Below are positions 17,851 through 28,090 of a stretch of DNA of 64,000 nucleotides, in pieces. Under the pieces are notes generated by a model. It was not told the DNA's origin, made no database searches, and saw only the letters and a program-made list of their open reading frames with translations. The stretch spans positions 446 through 64,445 of the forward strand of contig OZ245892.1 in NCBI GenBank assembly GCA_965229605.1, read 5' to 3'. The translations under genes and the position numbers were made by a program. The stretch's first letter is position 1. The number at the start of each line of letters is the position of its first letter. Source of the DNA: Alphaproteobacteria bacterium (GTDB taxonomy: Bacteria > Pseudomonadota > Alphaproteobacteria > CBDDJK01).

Positions 17851-18921
17851 ATGAGCCCATTCTATGCCACACTTATTCATCGTGTTTCCCATTCGCTTTA
17901 TCCTGATTTTATAAAAGGAAGCTGCGCCGTTCTGGCTTTGAGTCTTCTGGTGGCCTGTGCAGGCACTGCACCGCCAGCCCTGGCCCAGAGCCAGGACAAT
18001 ATCCGCGTCATCGTCATGGGCGAAGATGAGGACCCTAATTCGGTCTCAAGGCGCAGCGATATCTACACAAGAGTCATCGCCGAACTGCAAGAAAGCATGT
18101 TTCGTTCCGGCTTCCAGCTTGTCGATGAAGATATGCTGGCGGCTGACCTTGGCTGGCGGGTGCGCGAACGACTCAGCAAAGTCGAACTCATCGAACAGGT
18201 CAATCTGGCCAACGGCGAAGGACGCGGCAACCTATACTCGCGCGCGCTCTTCCTGTTCCGGATTCATGCCACCAAAGAGGATTTATCCTATGCCACCCGC
18301 ATCCGGGTCCGTATCAGTGGCGAACTCTATGATATCGAATCCAACAGCTTCCTTGGCACATTTGAATTGCCACGCGTGGTGGCCTCGGCCCCGGCAGATT
18401 GCAGCACAGTCTGCCTCAACGAAACCGTTGGCGACAAAGCCCGCGAAATTGCTGCCGGACTTGGCGATGTGATGGCCCGCAAGCTGGCCTATCTTACCCC
18501 CGCAGACGGCTATGGCTCTGATCTGGCTTTCAATGATGCCGCGCTTGATTCACGCTGCGAAAATTTGCCGATCACCTATACCATGGAATTCAAACGTTTC
18601 TCGCCGCTTGAAATCGATTCGGTCATGCGAATCCTCACCAATGACCTTTCCGATCTCAGCCCCAATGAAGCCCTGCCCTGCTATCGTGACCATGAACTGC
18701 TGGTCGGCGGCAATAGTGCCATTCGCCGCTATAGCTATCGCTCTCACGCCGCCCGGCATCGGCTGTTCGGCTGGCTGGAACTGATCCTGCGCGATAGCGG
18801 TATGGGCTATGATGAAGGACGGGTCACCCTCTATACCGATGGCAGTGCCTTTATCATGGACAAAGTCATCGGCGGGCGCGAAATCCCGGCTGCTAACCAA
18901 TCCGGCCAAAAATTTAATTGA
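17851..18921 (+). CDS. Hypothetical lipoprotein
   Basis: AGGAG SD upstream. SCAVLALSLLVACAGT is a lipobox. I recognise no family. Confidence 0.55.
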   Translation: MSPFYATLIHRVSHSLYPDFIKGSCAVLALSLLVACAGTAPPALAQSQDNIRVIVMGEDEDPNSVSRRSDIYTRVIAELQESMFRSGFQLVDEDMLAADLGWRVRERLSKVELIEQVNLANGEGRGNLYSRALFLFRIHATKEDLSYATRIRVRISGELYDIESNSFLGTFELPRVVASAPADCSTVCLNETVGDKAREIAAGLGDVMARKLAYLTPADGYGSDLAFNDAALDSRCENLPITYTMEFKRFSPLEIDSVMRILTNDLSDLSPNEALPCYRDHELLVGGNSAIRRYSYRSHAARHRLFGWLELILRDSGMGYDEGRVTLYTDGSAFIMDKVIGGREIPAANQSGQKFN

Positions 18922-18926
18922 GGGGG

Positions 18927-19760
18927 TTAATTGGGCGGGAGATCCCAGGTCGGCAGGGTCTGGCTCAACCGCCCGCCTATTCTAAGCGGCGCAATCCTTT
19001 TAGCCAGGCCAGTCATTGGATCGCTCTCCACCATCACCCCGCAGACCGTTGCCGGACCCGTCGCAGGCTCCAGGCGCGGGCGGGGGATTTGCCCCAAAGC
19101 CCGGGCAAGCGCAGGCTGCTTTTGCATCCCGATAGATGAATCATAATCGCCGCACATCCCGGCATCAGTCTGATAGCCGGTGCCGCCTTCCAGAATCTGG
19201 GTGTCAGCCGTCGGGACATGGGTATGACTGCCCACCACCAAAGTCGCCTGCCCGTCGCAAAAATGACCAATGCAATATTTCTCGGAACTCGCCTCGCCAT
19301 GGACATCAACAATAACCGCATCCAGCCCGTAATCTCCGGGAACACCTTCAGGCAAAAGACGCTTTAAAGCACTATAGGGGCTGCCGCAGAACTCCATAAA
19401 CAGCCGGGTCAGGATATTGATGATCAAAACCCGCCGTCCCTCGGCATCCTGAAAGACATAGCTGCCCTTGCCAGGCGGAGTCCCGTCCAGATTGGCCGGG
19501 CGCAAAAGACGCGGGCATTTCTCCATATAGCCGATAATTTCTCCGCGATCCCAGGAATGATTGCCCCCGGTGATCACATCAACCCCGACCTCAAAAAGCG
19601 AATCAGCTATGGACGGACTGATCCCATAACCGTGGGAAGCATTCTCGCCATTCACAATCACCAGATCAAATTGATAGTGCGACCGCAACTGCGGCACCTG
19701 CTCCAGAACAGCTGTGCGACCTGTTTTCCCGACAATATCCCCCAGATAAAGAATGCGCAT
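18927..19760 (-). CDS. YmdB-family metallophosphoesterase (2',3'-cyclic-nucleotide phosphodiesterase-like)
   Basis: MRILYLGDIVGKTGR...VIVNGENASHGYGI...GGNHSWD matches the TIGR00282-type pattern from memory. Confidence 0.8.
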   Translation of the reverse strand: MRILYLGDIVGKTGRTAVLEQVPQLRSHYQFDLVIVNGENASHGYGISPSIADSLFEVGVDVITGGNHSWDRGEIIGYMEKCPRLLRPANLDGTPPGKGSYVFQDAEGRRVLIINILTRLFMEFCGSPYSALKRLLPEGVPGDYGLDAVIVDVHGEASSEKYCIGHFCDGQATLVVGSHTHVPTADTQILEGGTGYQTDAGMCGDYDSSIGMQKQPALARALGQIPRPRLEPATGPATVCGVMVESDPMTGLAKRIAPLRIGGRLSQTLPTWDLPPN

Positions 19761-19768
19761 GAAGGAAG

Positions 19769-21550
19769 CTAGATCCGCTCAACCTGAAACTGGCTCAATC
19801 CATCCGCTCCGATCATCGCTTTTAAAGCCGCAACCTGCACCAGCTCGGTCTCAGCATAAATCCGGGCAATGCGCAGCTTGTCCTGTGCCGCTTCGCTCAA
19901 TTTCTCAACCTTGAAGCCGGTTTTCTCAAGCAGCCGGACAGAGACATTGGCAAGCGAAACTCCGCCAGAAACCAGCGACAACAGCTTTAAAAAATAAACC
20001 GCCGTCAGCCCGTTGGCAACCAGACCATCGGCTCCGTCTTTCAGCAAATGATCAATGCCATCGCCCAATATCTTGCTGGCTGTGGCCAGATGGTGCTTCA
20101 AAACAGCGATGTCTTCGCCTTCAATCCCGTCAAGCTTTGCAACAAGCACTTTGATCTCTGCAAGATACTCTCGCGCTGCCGCACCGTTGTCTTTCAAAAT
20201 TTTGCGCCCGACCAGATCCATCGCCTGAATGCCATTGGTGCCTTCATAAATCGGCAGAATACGCGCATCCCGGTAAAGCTGGGCAATGCCCGTGCCTTCA
20301 ACAAATCCGGCCCCGCCATGCACCTGCACCGCGCTGGAAGCAATCTCGACCCCCTCATCCGTAAACCAGGCTTTGACCACCGGCACCATCAAATCAACCC
20401 GCCGACCAGCATAGGCCGATAATTCAGGATTTTTATCGCGCTTCAACGTATCAAAAGCCAGCATCACATCCAGAAGCAAGGCCCGCATCGCTTCAATCTT
20501 CGCGCGCATGGTCAAAAGCATCCGCCGCACATCACCATGTTTGGCTATCGGGACATTCTTTTCATCTCCATGACGGCCCTGATGACGCTCCCAGGCATAG
20601 GTCCGCGCCTGTTGAAATGCCCGCTCGGCAATCGACAAGCCCTGAATACCCACAAATAACCGCGCCATATTCATCATGGTAAACATATGGGCCAGGCCGT
20701 GATTTTCCTTGCCAACCAGAAAGCCGATGGCCCCTTGATTGCCGCCATATTCCATCACGCAGGTCGGGGAACCATGAATGCCCAATTTATCCTCCAGCGC
20801 AAGACAGCGCAGATCATTATGTTCCTGCAAACTGCCATCGGCTCCAACCATATATTTAGGCACCAGAAACAGTGAAATTCCGGCAGTGCCAGCCGGTGCG
20901 CCCTCAATCCGGGCCAGCACCAGATGGATAATATTTTTATGCGCATCATGATCGCCAAAGGTAATATAGATTTTTTGACCATGCAGCCGGTAATGATCGC
21001 CATCCGGCACCGCACGGGTGGCAACTTTCGATAGATCACTGCCCGCCTGCGGTTCGGTCAAATTCATGGTGCCCGACCATTCCGATGAAACCAGCTTTGG
21101 CAAATAGCGAGTCTTTTGCTCTTCATTGCCATGTTCGATCAGGGCTTCAATCACGCCTTGAGTCAACAGCGGATTAAGCGCCCAGGCCATGCCCGCCGAC
21201 TGGATCATCTCCTGCACCGCCGCCGCCAAAGTCCAGGGCAGACCATGCCCGCCGTAATCCGGCTCAACCGCCAACCCGGCCCAGCCACCTTCCTGATAGG
21301 CCTGATAGGCCGGATAGAAATTCTCAGGCAGCCGGACCTTGCCATTCTCAAGCCGGGCTTTCTCCAGATCACCAGAACGGCTGGTCGGCGCAATCACCTC
21401 GGCAGCCAGCTTCCCGGCTTCCTCAAGAATGGTGATCAAATCATCAGGCTGATGATCCTCCATCCCCGGAAGACTGCACAGGGTCTCGCCCAAGCCTCCA
21501 TCTTGAAAAAGCAGGTTGAGATCAGAAACAGGCGGGGTGTAATGAGTCAT
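19769..21550 (-). CDS. Acyl-CoA dehydrogenase (long form with C-terminal extension)
   Basis: 593 aa. GTMNLTEPQAGSDL, IYITFGDHD, VHGGAGFVEGTGIAQLYRDARILPIYEGTNGIQ. Confidence 0.85.
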   Translation of the reverse strand: MTHYTPPVSDLNLLFQDGGLGETLCSLPGMEDHQPDDLITILEEAGKLAAEVIAPTSRSGDLEKARLENGKVRLPENFYPAYQAYQEGGWAGLAVEPDYGGHGLPWTLAAAVQEMIQSAGMAWALNPLLTQGVIEALIEHGNEEQKTRYLPKLVSSEWSGTMNLTEPQAGSDLSKVATRAVPDGDHYRLHGQKIYITFGDHDAHKNIIHLVLARIEGAPAGTAGISLFLVPKYMVGADGSLQEHNDLRCLALEDKLGIHGSPTCVMEYGGNQGAIGFLVGKENHGLAHMFTMMNMARLFVGIQGLSIAERAFQQARTYAWERHQGRHGDEKNVPIAKHGDVRRMLLTMRAKIEAMRALLLDVMLAFDTLKRDKNPELSAYAGRRVDLMVPVVKAWFTDEGVEIASSAVQVHGGAGFVEGTGIAQLYRDARILPIYEGTNGIQAMDLVGRKILKDNGAAAREYLAEIKVLVAKLDGIEGEDIAVLKHHLATASKILGDGIDHLLKDGADGLVANGLTAVYFLKLLSLVSGGVSLANVSVRLLEKTGFKVEKLSEAAQDKLRIARIYAETELVQVAALKAMIGADGLSQFQVERI

Positions 21551-21729
21551 TCTCTATCTCCTTTTTCCACATTTTTCACAGCTTTCCAACAGCTTTTCCC
21601 CATAAAAAGGGGGCATCTCCACAGGGCTGCAGATAAAGACGCAGACATGCCGGGCGCGGGCGTAAAAAGCAATTTCTCTGTCATTTGCCCCAAAATGACT
21701 TTGTCAAAATGAGCTGTTTACGAAGGCTA

Positions 21730-23130
21730 TTAACCGAGTGCCTTTACAATCTGTTCGCACATGGCTTTGGCATCACCAAACAGCATCATCGTATTGTCAC
21801 GGAAGAAAAGTTCATTCTCAACTCCCGCATAGCCGGACGCCATCGACCGTTTGATAAACAGTACCTGGCGGGCATTTTCGACATCAAGGATCGGCATTCC
21901 GTAAATAGCAGAGGTTTTGTCGGATTTTGCGGCCGGGTTGGTGACGTCATTTGCGCCGATCACAAAGGCGACATCTGCGTCCGAGAACGAGCGGTTGATA
22001 TCTTCCATTTCAAAAACTTCATCATAGGGGACATTGGCTTCGGCCAGCAGGACATTCATATGGCCCGGCATGCGCCCGGCAACCGGGTGAATGGCGTAAG
22101 AGACCTCGATCCCCTGGCTTTTCAAAAGATCAGCCATTTCGCGCAAGGCATGTTGAGCCTGGGCGACGGCCATGCCATAGCCGGGGACGATGATGATTTT
22201 TTCGCTATTGCCCATCAGGAAGGCGGCATCTTCTGCGGCACCGGAGCGAACTGGACGGTCTTCACCATCGCCGCCTGCACCTGCGGCACTGGTTTCACCA
22301 CCAAAGCCACCGAGGATGACGTTGAAGATTGAGCGGTTCATGCCTTTGCACATAATATAGGAGAGAATGGCCCCGGAGGAGCCAACCAGCGCCCCGGTGA
22401 TGATCAGGGCGGTATTTGCGAGTGTGAAGCCAATTCCGCAAGCGGCCCAGCCGGAGTAGGAATTGAGCATGGAGACAACAACTGGCATATCGGCCCCGCC
22501 AATCGGGACGATGAGCAAGACGCCGAGTAAAAAGCTGACGGCGACGATTGCCCAGAAGACGGTTGGCGTTTGTTCGAAGCATAAAAGAGCCAGCAGTCCG
22601 ACCAGTCCGATCCCGAGGGCGGCATTGAGCATATGCTGCATGGGGAAGACCAGCGGTTTGGAGGGCAGGATGGCTTGCAGTTTTCCGAATGCGATGATGG
22701 AGCCGGTAAAGGTGATGGCACCGATGGCTGTTCCCAGTCCCATTTCGATGAGGGATGGGACGGAGATTGCGCCTGTTGTTCCGATTCCGTAGGATTCTGG
22801 GGAATAGAAGGCGGCGGCAGCGACGAACACGGCGGCGAGTCCGACCAGAGAGTGGAAGGCTGCGACCAGCTGCGGCAGCGCGGTCATGACGATTTTGCGT
22901 GCGATGATTGTTCCGATGGCGCCGCCGATGACCAGCCCGAGCAGGATCAGTTCATAGGACAGCACGTTTGGCCCGAGCAGCGTGGTACCGATTGCGATAG
23001 CCATGCCGATGATTCCGAAGAGGTTTCCTTTGCGGGCGGTTTCTGGATGGCTAAGTCCGCGCAATGCAAGGATAAAGAGGCATGCAGAGATTAAATAGGC
23101 ATATCCAGCCCAATCTACAGCTGCATTCAT
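21730..23130 (-). CDS. pntB: NAD(P) transhydrogenase subunit beta
   Basis: 466 aa. A polytopic N-terminal half is followed by the dIII domain (PGYGMAVAQAQH, GRMPGHMNVLLAEA, VIGANDVTNPAA). Confidence 0.95.
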   Translation of the reverse strand: MNAAVDWAGYAYLISACLFILALRGLSHPETARKGNLFGIIGMAIAIGTTLLGPNVLSYELILLGLVIGGAIGTIIARKIVMTALPQLVAAFHSLVGLAAVFVAAAAFYSPESYGIGTTGAISVPSLIEMGLGTAIGAITFTGSIIAFGKLQAILPSKPLVFPMQHMLNAALGIGLVGLLALLCFEQTPTVFWAIVAVSFLLGVLLIVPIGGADMPVVVSMLNSYSGWAACGIGFTLANTALIITGALVGSSGAILSYIMCKGMNRSIFNVILGGFGGETSAAGAGGDGEDRPVRSGAAEDAAFLMGNSEKIIIVPGYGMAVAQAQHALREMADLLKSQGIEVSYAIHPVAGRMPGHMNVLLAEANVPYDEVFEMEDINRSFSDADVAFVIGANDVTNPAAKSDKTSAIYGMPILDVENARQVLFIKRSMASGYAGVENELFFRDNTMMLFGDAKAMCEQIVKALG

Positions 23131-23161
23131 AGGTTTGCTCCTTAACTAAATCGGCAGTTGG

Positions 23162-23551
23162 TTATCGCTGCTTTCGCTTGAACATTGATAGCATGCGCTG
23201 CGTGACGATGAATCCGCCGAAGATATTGACGCTTGCGAGCGTTACGGCGATGAATCCGAAGATTTTGGACAGGTTAAGGTCGGTTGGTCCGGCGGCGATG
23301 AGGGCACCGACGATAATGACGGAGGAGATGGCGTTGGTGACTCCCATCAGCGGGGAGTGCAGGGCGGGTGTGACGGCCCAGACGACGTAATAGCCGACAA
23401 CACAGGCGAGGACAAAGGCGGTAAACAGATAGAGGAAAGGTGTTGTTTCGCCCCCTGCGACAGAGGTGCCCAGAGAGGCTTGCAGGTCTGCCGCGAGCAT
23501 AGCGGCATCGGCGGCCAGAGCTTCGGCTTGCCGGAGTAAGGAATCAGCCAT
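23162..23551 (-). CDS. pntAB: NAD(P) transhydrogenase alpha subunit part 2 (membrane part)
   Basis: 129 aa with 3-4 TM segments ([21 protein letters not shown]). Its start overlaps the pntAA stop. Confidence 0.85.
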   Translation of the reverse strand: MADSLLRQAEALAADAAMLAADLQASLGTSVAGGETTPFLYLFTAFVLACVVGYYVVWAVTPALHSPLMGVTNAISSVIIVGALIAAGPTDLNLSKIFGFIAVTLASVNIFGGFIVTQRMLSMFKRKQR

Positions 23552-25106
23552 TTTTATTCTCTTGCGGTTGAGCGTTTTGCGTTTCGGGCGTATCAGGTGC
23601 CGTTGCTACTGCTTGAGGTGTAGTGGTCACAGGGTCGTTTGATGGGGCCGTTTGTGTCACTTCCGTTACGCTCGTTTCAACAGGATTTTGTTCTACTGGA
23701 TTCTTTCTGGGCCGACCACGCTTGCGCGGGGGCCCATCAGATTTTACAGCATCACTTGCAGCAGCCTCGACCGGATTCTTACGGGGTCTGCCACGTTTGC
23801 GCGGCGTATCACTTGCAACAGCTTCAACCGGGTTCTTTTTGGGCCGACCGCGTTTGCGCGGGGCCTCGGACTTGACAGCTTCGCTTGCAACAGCTTCAAC
23901 CGGGTTCTTTTTGGGTCGCCCGCGCTTGCGCGGGGCAGCCGGGTCACTGCCGCTTCCAGAACCCGGCATCTGATATTGGTTGAGAACCGTTTCATGAATA
24001 ATCTTGCCGCCATCGGTGACCATTGTGCCGCGCACAATCTCGTCTTCCATGTCAGGCGCAAGCTGTTTGCTTTCCTTGTCGGTCATCGGGGCAAGGAAAT
24101 TCAAAAGATTGCGGGCAAAAAGCTGGCTGGTGGTCTGGGCCACCCGGGCCGGGAAATTGGCATGGCCAACCAATGTCACGCCATGTTTTGTGACCACTTT
24201 TCCATATTCTGATAAAGGACAATTCCCCCCGGCTTCAACCGCCAGATCAACAATCACCGACCCCGGGCGCATGGATTTGACATGATCGGCACTGACCAGA
24301 ACCGGCGCAGGCCGTCCGGGAATAAGGGCGGTGGTGATCACAATATCCATCTCCTGGATGGTTTCAGCCACCAGCGCGGCTTGTGCCCGTTTATAGGATT
24401 CAGACATTTCCTTGGCATAGCCGCCAGCGGTTTGGGCCGCAGCAAATTCATCATTTTCAACCGCAACAAATTTTCCACCCAGACTCTGCACCTGTTCTTT
24501 GGTGGCCGGGCGGACATCGGTGGCATAGACAACGGCCCCCAGACGTTTTGCCGTCGCAATCGCCTGCAACCCGGCAACGCCAACCCCCATCACAAAGACA
24601 TTTGCCGGGGTTACCCGCCCGGCAGCCGTTGACATCATCGGCACGGCCCGGGCAAAATGTTCAAGCGCATCCAGCACCGCCTTATAACCCGCCATATTGG
24701 CTTGCGAAGATAAAATATCCATCGACTGGGCACGGGTAATCCGGGGCAATAACTCAAGGGCAAAAAGCCGCACACCCGCCTTGGCCAACCCGTTCACAAC
24801 GGCTTTATCGCTCAAGGCCGCAGCATGACAAACCAGACTTTGCCCGGGCTTGAACAAAGAAACTTCACTTGCCAACGGACGCTGGACCTTAAAAATAACC
24901 GCAGCCCCCTTGACGGCCTGGGCTGCTGTTGCTGCTATTTTAGCACCGGCCTGACGAAATTCCTCATCGGAAAAAGCCGCTCCCGCCCCGGCTCCTGCTT
25001 CAATAACCACGTCATGGCCCTGAGCCACCAGCTTTTCAATCGTATCAGGGGCAGCCGCAACACGGGTCTCATGCGGGCGACGCTCCTTTAAAATGGCAAT
25101 CTGCAT
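23544..25106 (-). CDS. pntAA: NAD(P) transhydrogenase alpha subunit part 1 (dI) with a ~140-aa C-terminal AT-hook repeat extension
   Basis: Residues 1 to about 378 are a typical dI / alanine-dehydrogenase-like domain ([20 protein letters not shown]). Residues 392-472 hold four copies of PRKRGRP(K/R)KNPVE. Confidence 0.9.
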   Translation of the reverse strand: MQIAILKERRPHETRVAAAPDTIEKLVAQGHDVVIEAGAGAGAAFSDEEFRQAGAKIAATAAQAVKGAAVIFKVQRPLASEVSLFKPGQSLVCHAAALSDKAVVNGLAKAGVRLFALELLPRITRAQSMDILSSQANMAGYKAVLDALEHFARAVPMMSTAAGRVTPANVFVMGVGVAGLQAIATAKRLGAVVYATDVRPATKEQVQSLGGKFVAVENDEFAAAQTAGGYAKEMSESYKRAQAALVAETIQEMDIVITTALIPGRPAPVLVSADHVKSMRPGSVIVDLAVEAGGNCPLSEYGKVVTKHGVTLVGHANFPARVAQTTSQLFARNLLNFLAPMTDKESKQLAPDMEDEIVRGTMVTDGGKIIHETVLNQYQMPGSGSGSDPAAPRKRGRPKKNPVEAVASEAVKSEAPRKRGRPKKNPVEAVASDTPRKRGRPRKNPVEAAASDAVKSDGPPRKRGRPRKNPVEQNPVETSVTEVTQTAPSNDPVTTTPQAVATAPDTPETQNAQPQENKNG

Positions 25107-25209
25107 AAAATACCTTTCTTCTTGCCCATATAGCCAAAGCCCTTTTACCGACCTTGCAAGCCGAAAGCAAGATCATGAACAGGCTGAAAGCATAATAATT
25201 ATTCAGGCT

Positions 25210-26286
25210 CTAAGCACTCCGCTCCAGCTGCCATGAAATCTCCTCTCCAGCACGAAAAGGAATGATGGTCTCCCCGTTCTCGACCTCAATTTTTTCAGGT
25301 ACAGAAAAAGAGGTTTTAACCAGAGTCACCTGATCCCTATTCACCGGTAATCCATAAAACCGCGCGCCGTTGAGACTGGCAAAACTCTCCAGATGATGAA
25401 GCGCGCCCATACTTTCAAAAATTTCAGCATACAGGCCCAAGCCTTCCAGACTGTTGAAAATACCCGCACAACCGCAAGCACTTTCCTTGGCGCCAACCGT
25501 ATGCGGGGCAGAATCGGTGCCAAGAAAAAAGCAGGAAGCACCGCTGGTTGCCGCCTTTAGCACGGCCTCTCGGTGGCGTTCGCGCTTTAAAATCGGCAGG
25601 CAGTAATGATGCGGGCGCAAGCCTCCGGCAAAAAGCGCATTGCGGTTGAGCAATAAATGATGCGGGGTGATGGTGGCCCCAAGAAGCTGTTTTTCAGAGC
25701 CGGAGGATATATTCTCCTGAACATAGGCGGCAGCTTCTGCGGTTGTGATATGTTCAAGCACAATTCGCAAGGTTGGAAAGGCCGCACGCAAAGGCACCAG
25801 CACATCATCGATAAAGCGGGCTTCCCGATCAAAGATATCGCTTTCCGGGGAGGTGATTTCGCCATGGATTAAAAGCGGCATCCCGATTTTTTCCATGGCC
25901 GCCAGGGTATTTTTGACTTTGTGCCAATGGGTGACACCGTGTGCAGAATGAGTTGTAGCATTGGCCGGATAGAGTTTAACCGCAGCCGCATCACCGCCTT
26001 GATAGGCTCTGGTGATATCTTCCGGGTTGCTGTCATCGGTCAGATAGAGGGTCATCAAGGGAGTAAAGTCGGTTTGTGGAGGAAAGGCCGCCATGATGCG
26101 GGCGCGATAGGCCAGCAGGTCGGCATATGTGCAAACGGGGGGGGAGAGGTTGGGCATGATGATCGCCCGGCGAAAGTTGCGGGCTGTGATTGGAGCCACG
26201 GCTTTTAAAAGGGCCCCGTCGCGCAAGTGGCAGTGAAAGTCATCTGGCGCGGTCAAGGTCAGTTTTTGAGTCATTTTTTGGGCCAT
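25210..26286 (-). CDS. pyrC: Dihydroorotase (homodimeric class II type)
   Basis: 358 aa with PDDFHCHLRDG, KLYPANATT and FLGTDSAPH motifs. Confidence 0.9.
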   Translation of the reverse strand: MAQKMTQKLTLTAPDDFHCHLRDGALLKAVAPITARNFRRAIIMPNLSPPVCTYADLLAYRARIMAAFPPQTDFTPLMTLYLTDDSNPEDITRAYQGGDAAAVKLYPANATTHSAHGVTHWHKVKNTLAAMEKIGMPLLIHGEITSPESDIFDREARFIDDVLVPLRAAFPTLRIVLEHITTAEAAAYVQENISSGSEKQLLGATITPHHLLLNRNALFAGGLRPHHYCLPILKRERHREAVLKAATSGASCFFLGTDSAPHTVGAKESACGCAGIFNSLEGLGLYAEIFESMGALHHLESFASLNGARFYGLPVNRDQVTLVKTSFSVPEKIEVENGETIIPFRAGEEISWQLERSA

Positions 26287-27236
26287 TTTGGGGTCCTTTT
26301 TAATAGCCTGCAGGCTTCATTATGAACATGCTCGACCGATAAATCCAGCATATAGCTTTGGCCGCTTTGATGGTAAAAGTCTTTATCCTTTATGATATCT
26401 TTAAAGCTGCGTGGGCCGCGCACGCTGGCTCCGCAAGGGCCCAAAGGCCCATAGCGCGTTTCGTCAGAAGGTCCGAAAAGCCCAAGGGTCGGGCAGCCAG
26501 CGGCGGTTGCAAGATGCATGGCCCCGCTGTCGTTGCTGATGCAAAGCCGGGCCTGTCTTAAAAAGGCCCCGGCGGAAAGCAAATCATGATTGGACAGGTC
26601 AATAATGGTCTGATCTTTAATATTTTTCTTAAATTCATTGGTCAAATGCTGGTCATTCGCATCGCCAAGCAAAGCAATCTGCGCATCAGCAAGCTCGGGC
26701 AATCTGCAAAGGTCTTTGGTCAGTTTAATGAATCGTTCCAGTGGCCAGATTTTGCCGCGCCAGTTGGCCCCGATACCCAGGGCCAGGATCGGCGGTCTTG
26801 CCGGTTCTTGCGTTTTTGTCTGACGTGACGCATCCAGAAACAGGCAAGGTGGCGGCAAGTCGGTTTGTCCGATCATACGGGCCAGCGTGGTCAGCTGATG
26901 GTCGCCGGGTCTATGGCGCGGAGGCTTCAAGCGGGTCTGTGCGGACAGGAAAGAGGCCAAAAGGCTACCGCGCAAGTCAATGACCTGGTCCCATTTTGTT
27001 CCGACGGTTTTCTTCCAGAGTTGGAACCAATGGAGGTGCCAGGGTTGTTTTTGCACAATAATCAGACGAGACAGCCCGGGCATATGTTGAAACAGGGGGG
27101 CAGGTGCGGGTCCTGTAGCGACGGTTATCTGGATATCCGGGGTCTTTTGCAGAATATCTGCGAGCAGCGCGGTTGACAGGAGTGCATCGCCGATTCGGTT
27201 TGATGTGATAAAGAGGAGTTGAGGCACTGTTTTCAT
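26271..27236 (-). CDS. Glycosyltransferase family 9 (LPS heptosyltransferase-like)
   Basis: 321 aa. NRIGDALLSTALL at the N-terminus and NDSGAMHLATAAGCPTLGLFGPS near the C-terminus. Overlaps the pyrC start by 16 nt. Confidence 0.75.
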   Translation of the reverse strand: MKTVPQLLFITSNRIGDALLSTALLADILQKTPDIQITVATGPAPAPLFQHMPGLSRLIIVQKQPWHLHWFQLWKKTVGTKWDQVIDLRGSLLASFLSAQTRLKPPRHRPGDHQLTTLARMIGQTDLPPPCLFLDASRQTKTQEPARPPILALGIGANWRGKIWPLERFIKLTKDLCRLPELADAQIALLGDANDQHLTNEFKKNIKDQTIIDLSNHDLLSAGAFLRQARLCISNDSGAMHLATAAGCPTLGLFGPSDETRYGPLGPCGASVRGPRSFKDIIKDKDFYHQSGQSYMLDLSVEHVHNEACRLLKRTPKWPKK

Positions 27237-27342
27237 CGTAACTGTTTTTTGACAAGGGCGAGAACTGTGTTTAAACCATGCCGATGCGGAGCGAAGAGAT
27301 CAAGATATAATCATCAAGAGCTTTTAATTTCGGGAGAAAAGA

Positions 27343-28071
27343 ATGACTTATCCGGCGACTTCTGCGGATTTCAACCAGGATGCTTATGCGCGGAGTTTTA
27401 GGGCTTCGGTTCTTGATGTGGTTGAGGATATGGTTCTTCTGGATCGGACTTTATTTTATCCTGAAGGCGGCGGGCAGCCTGGAGATCAGGGGCAGCTTCG
27501 GCTTGAGGACGGGCAGACATTGACGATCACGGACACCCGGCAGGATCGGGAGACTCGTCGTTTTATCTGGCATCAGTTTAGTCAAGACCCGGCTTTGCTT
27601 TTGAAGGGGAGTATGGTTTCGGCGGAAATAGACTGGGCGCGGCGTTATCGACATATGCGGATGCATACGGCGCTTCATCTTTTATGCAGGGTGGTGGAGG
27701 CCCCGGTCACGGGCTGTGCGATCACGGCAGAGAAGGGGCGCATAGACTTTGACATCCCGGAGCAAGTGCTGGCTAAAGAGGACATCACCGAACGGCTTGC
27801 CGGTTTGATTGCAAGGAAGGCTGCGGTTACGGCAGATATCTATCCGGCGGAGGAGGTGCTTTCAAAGCCCGGGCTGGTGCGGCCGGATTTAATGCCGCCG
27901 GTCAAGGAAGGCAAAATCCGGCTGGTTAATATTGAGGGCATTGACCTGCAGCCTTGCGGCGGGACTCATGTGCGGAATATTGAGGAAATCGGCGCGGTAA
28001 CTTGCACAAAGATTGAAAAGAAGGGTCGCAATAACCGGCGAGTCACCCTGCGCTTTACGGATGATTTATAA
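27343..28071 (+). CDS. alaX: Alanyl-tRNA editing protein (AlaX-type, tRNA_SAD)
   Basis: 242 aa. FYPEGGGQPGDQG, HTALHLL and CGGTHV are zinc/editing motifs. Confidence 0.75.
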   Translation: MTYPATSADFNQDAYARSFRASVLDVVEDMVLLDRTLFYPEGGGQPGDQGQLRLEDGQTLTITDTRQDRETRRFIWHQFSQDPALLLKGSMVSAEIDWARRYRHMRMHTALHLLCRVVEAPVTGCAITAEKGRIDFDIPEQVLAKEDITERLAGLIARKAAVTADIYPAEEVLSKPGLVRPDLMPPVKEGKIRLVNIEGIDLQPCGGTHVRNIEEIGAVTCTKIEKKGRNNRRVTLRFTDDL

Positions 28072-28090
28072 GTCGTAGCAGAGTTTAACG

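Noticed and set aside
23690-23935. Regularly spaced ~50-65-nt DNA repeats that might look like a CRISPR array.
   Set aside because: They lie inside the open pntAA reading frame, encode the repeated PRKRGRPxKNPVE peptide, and have spacers that are also related. No cas genes are nearby.
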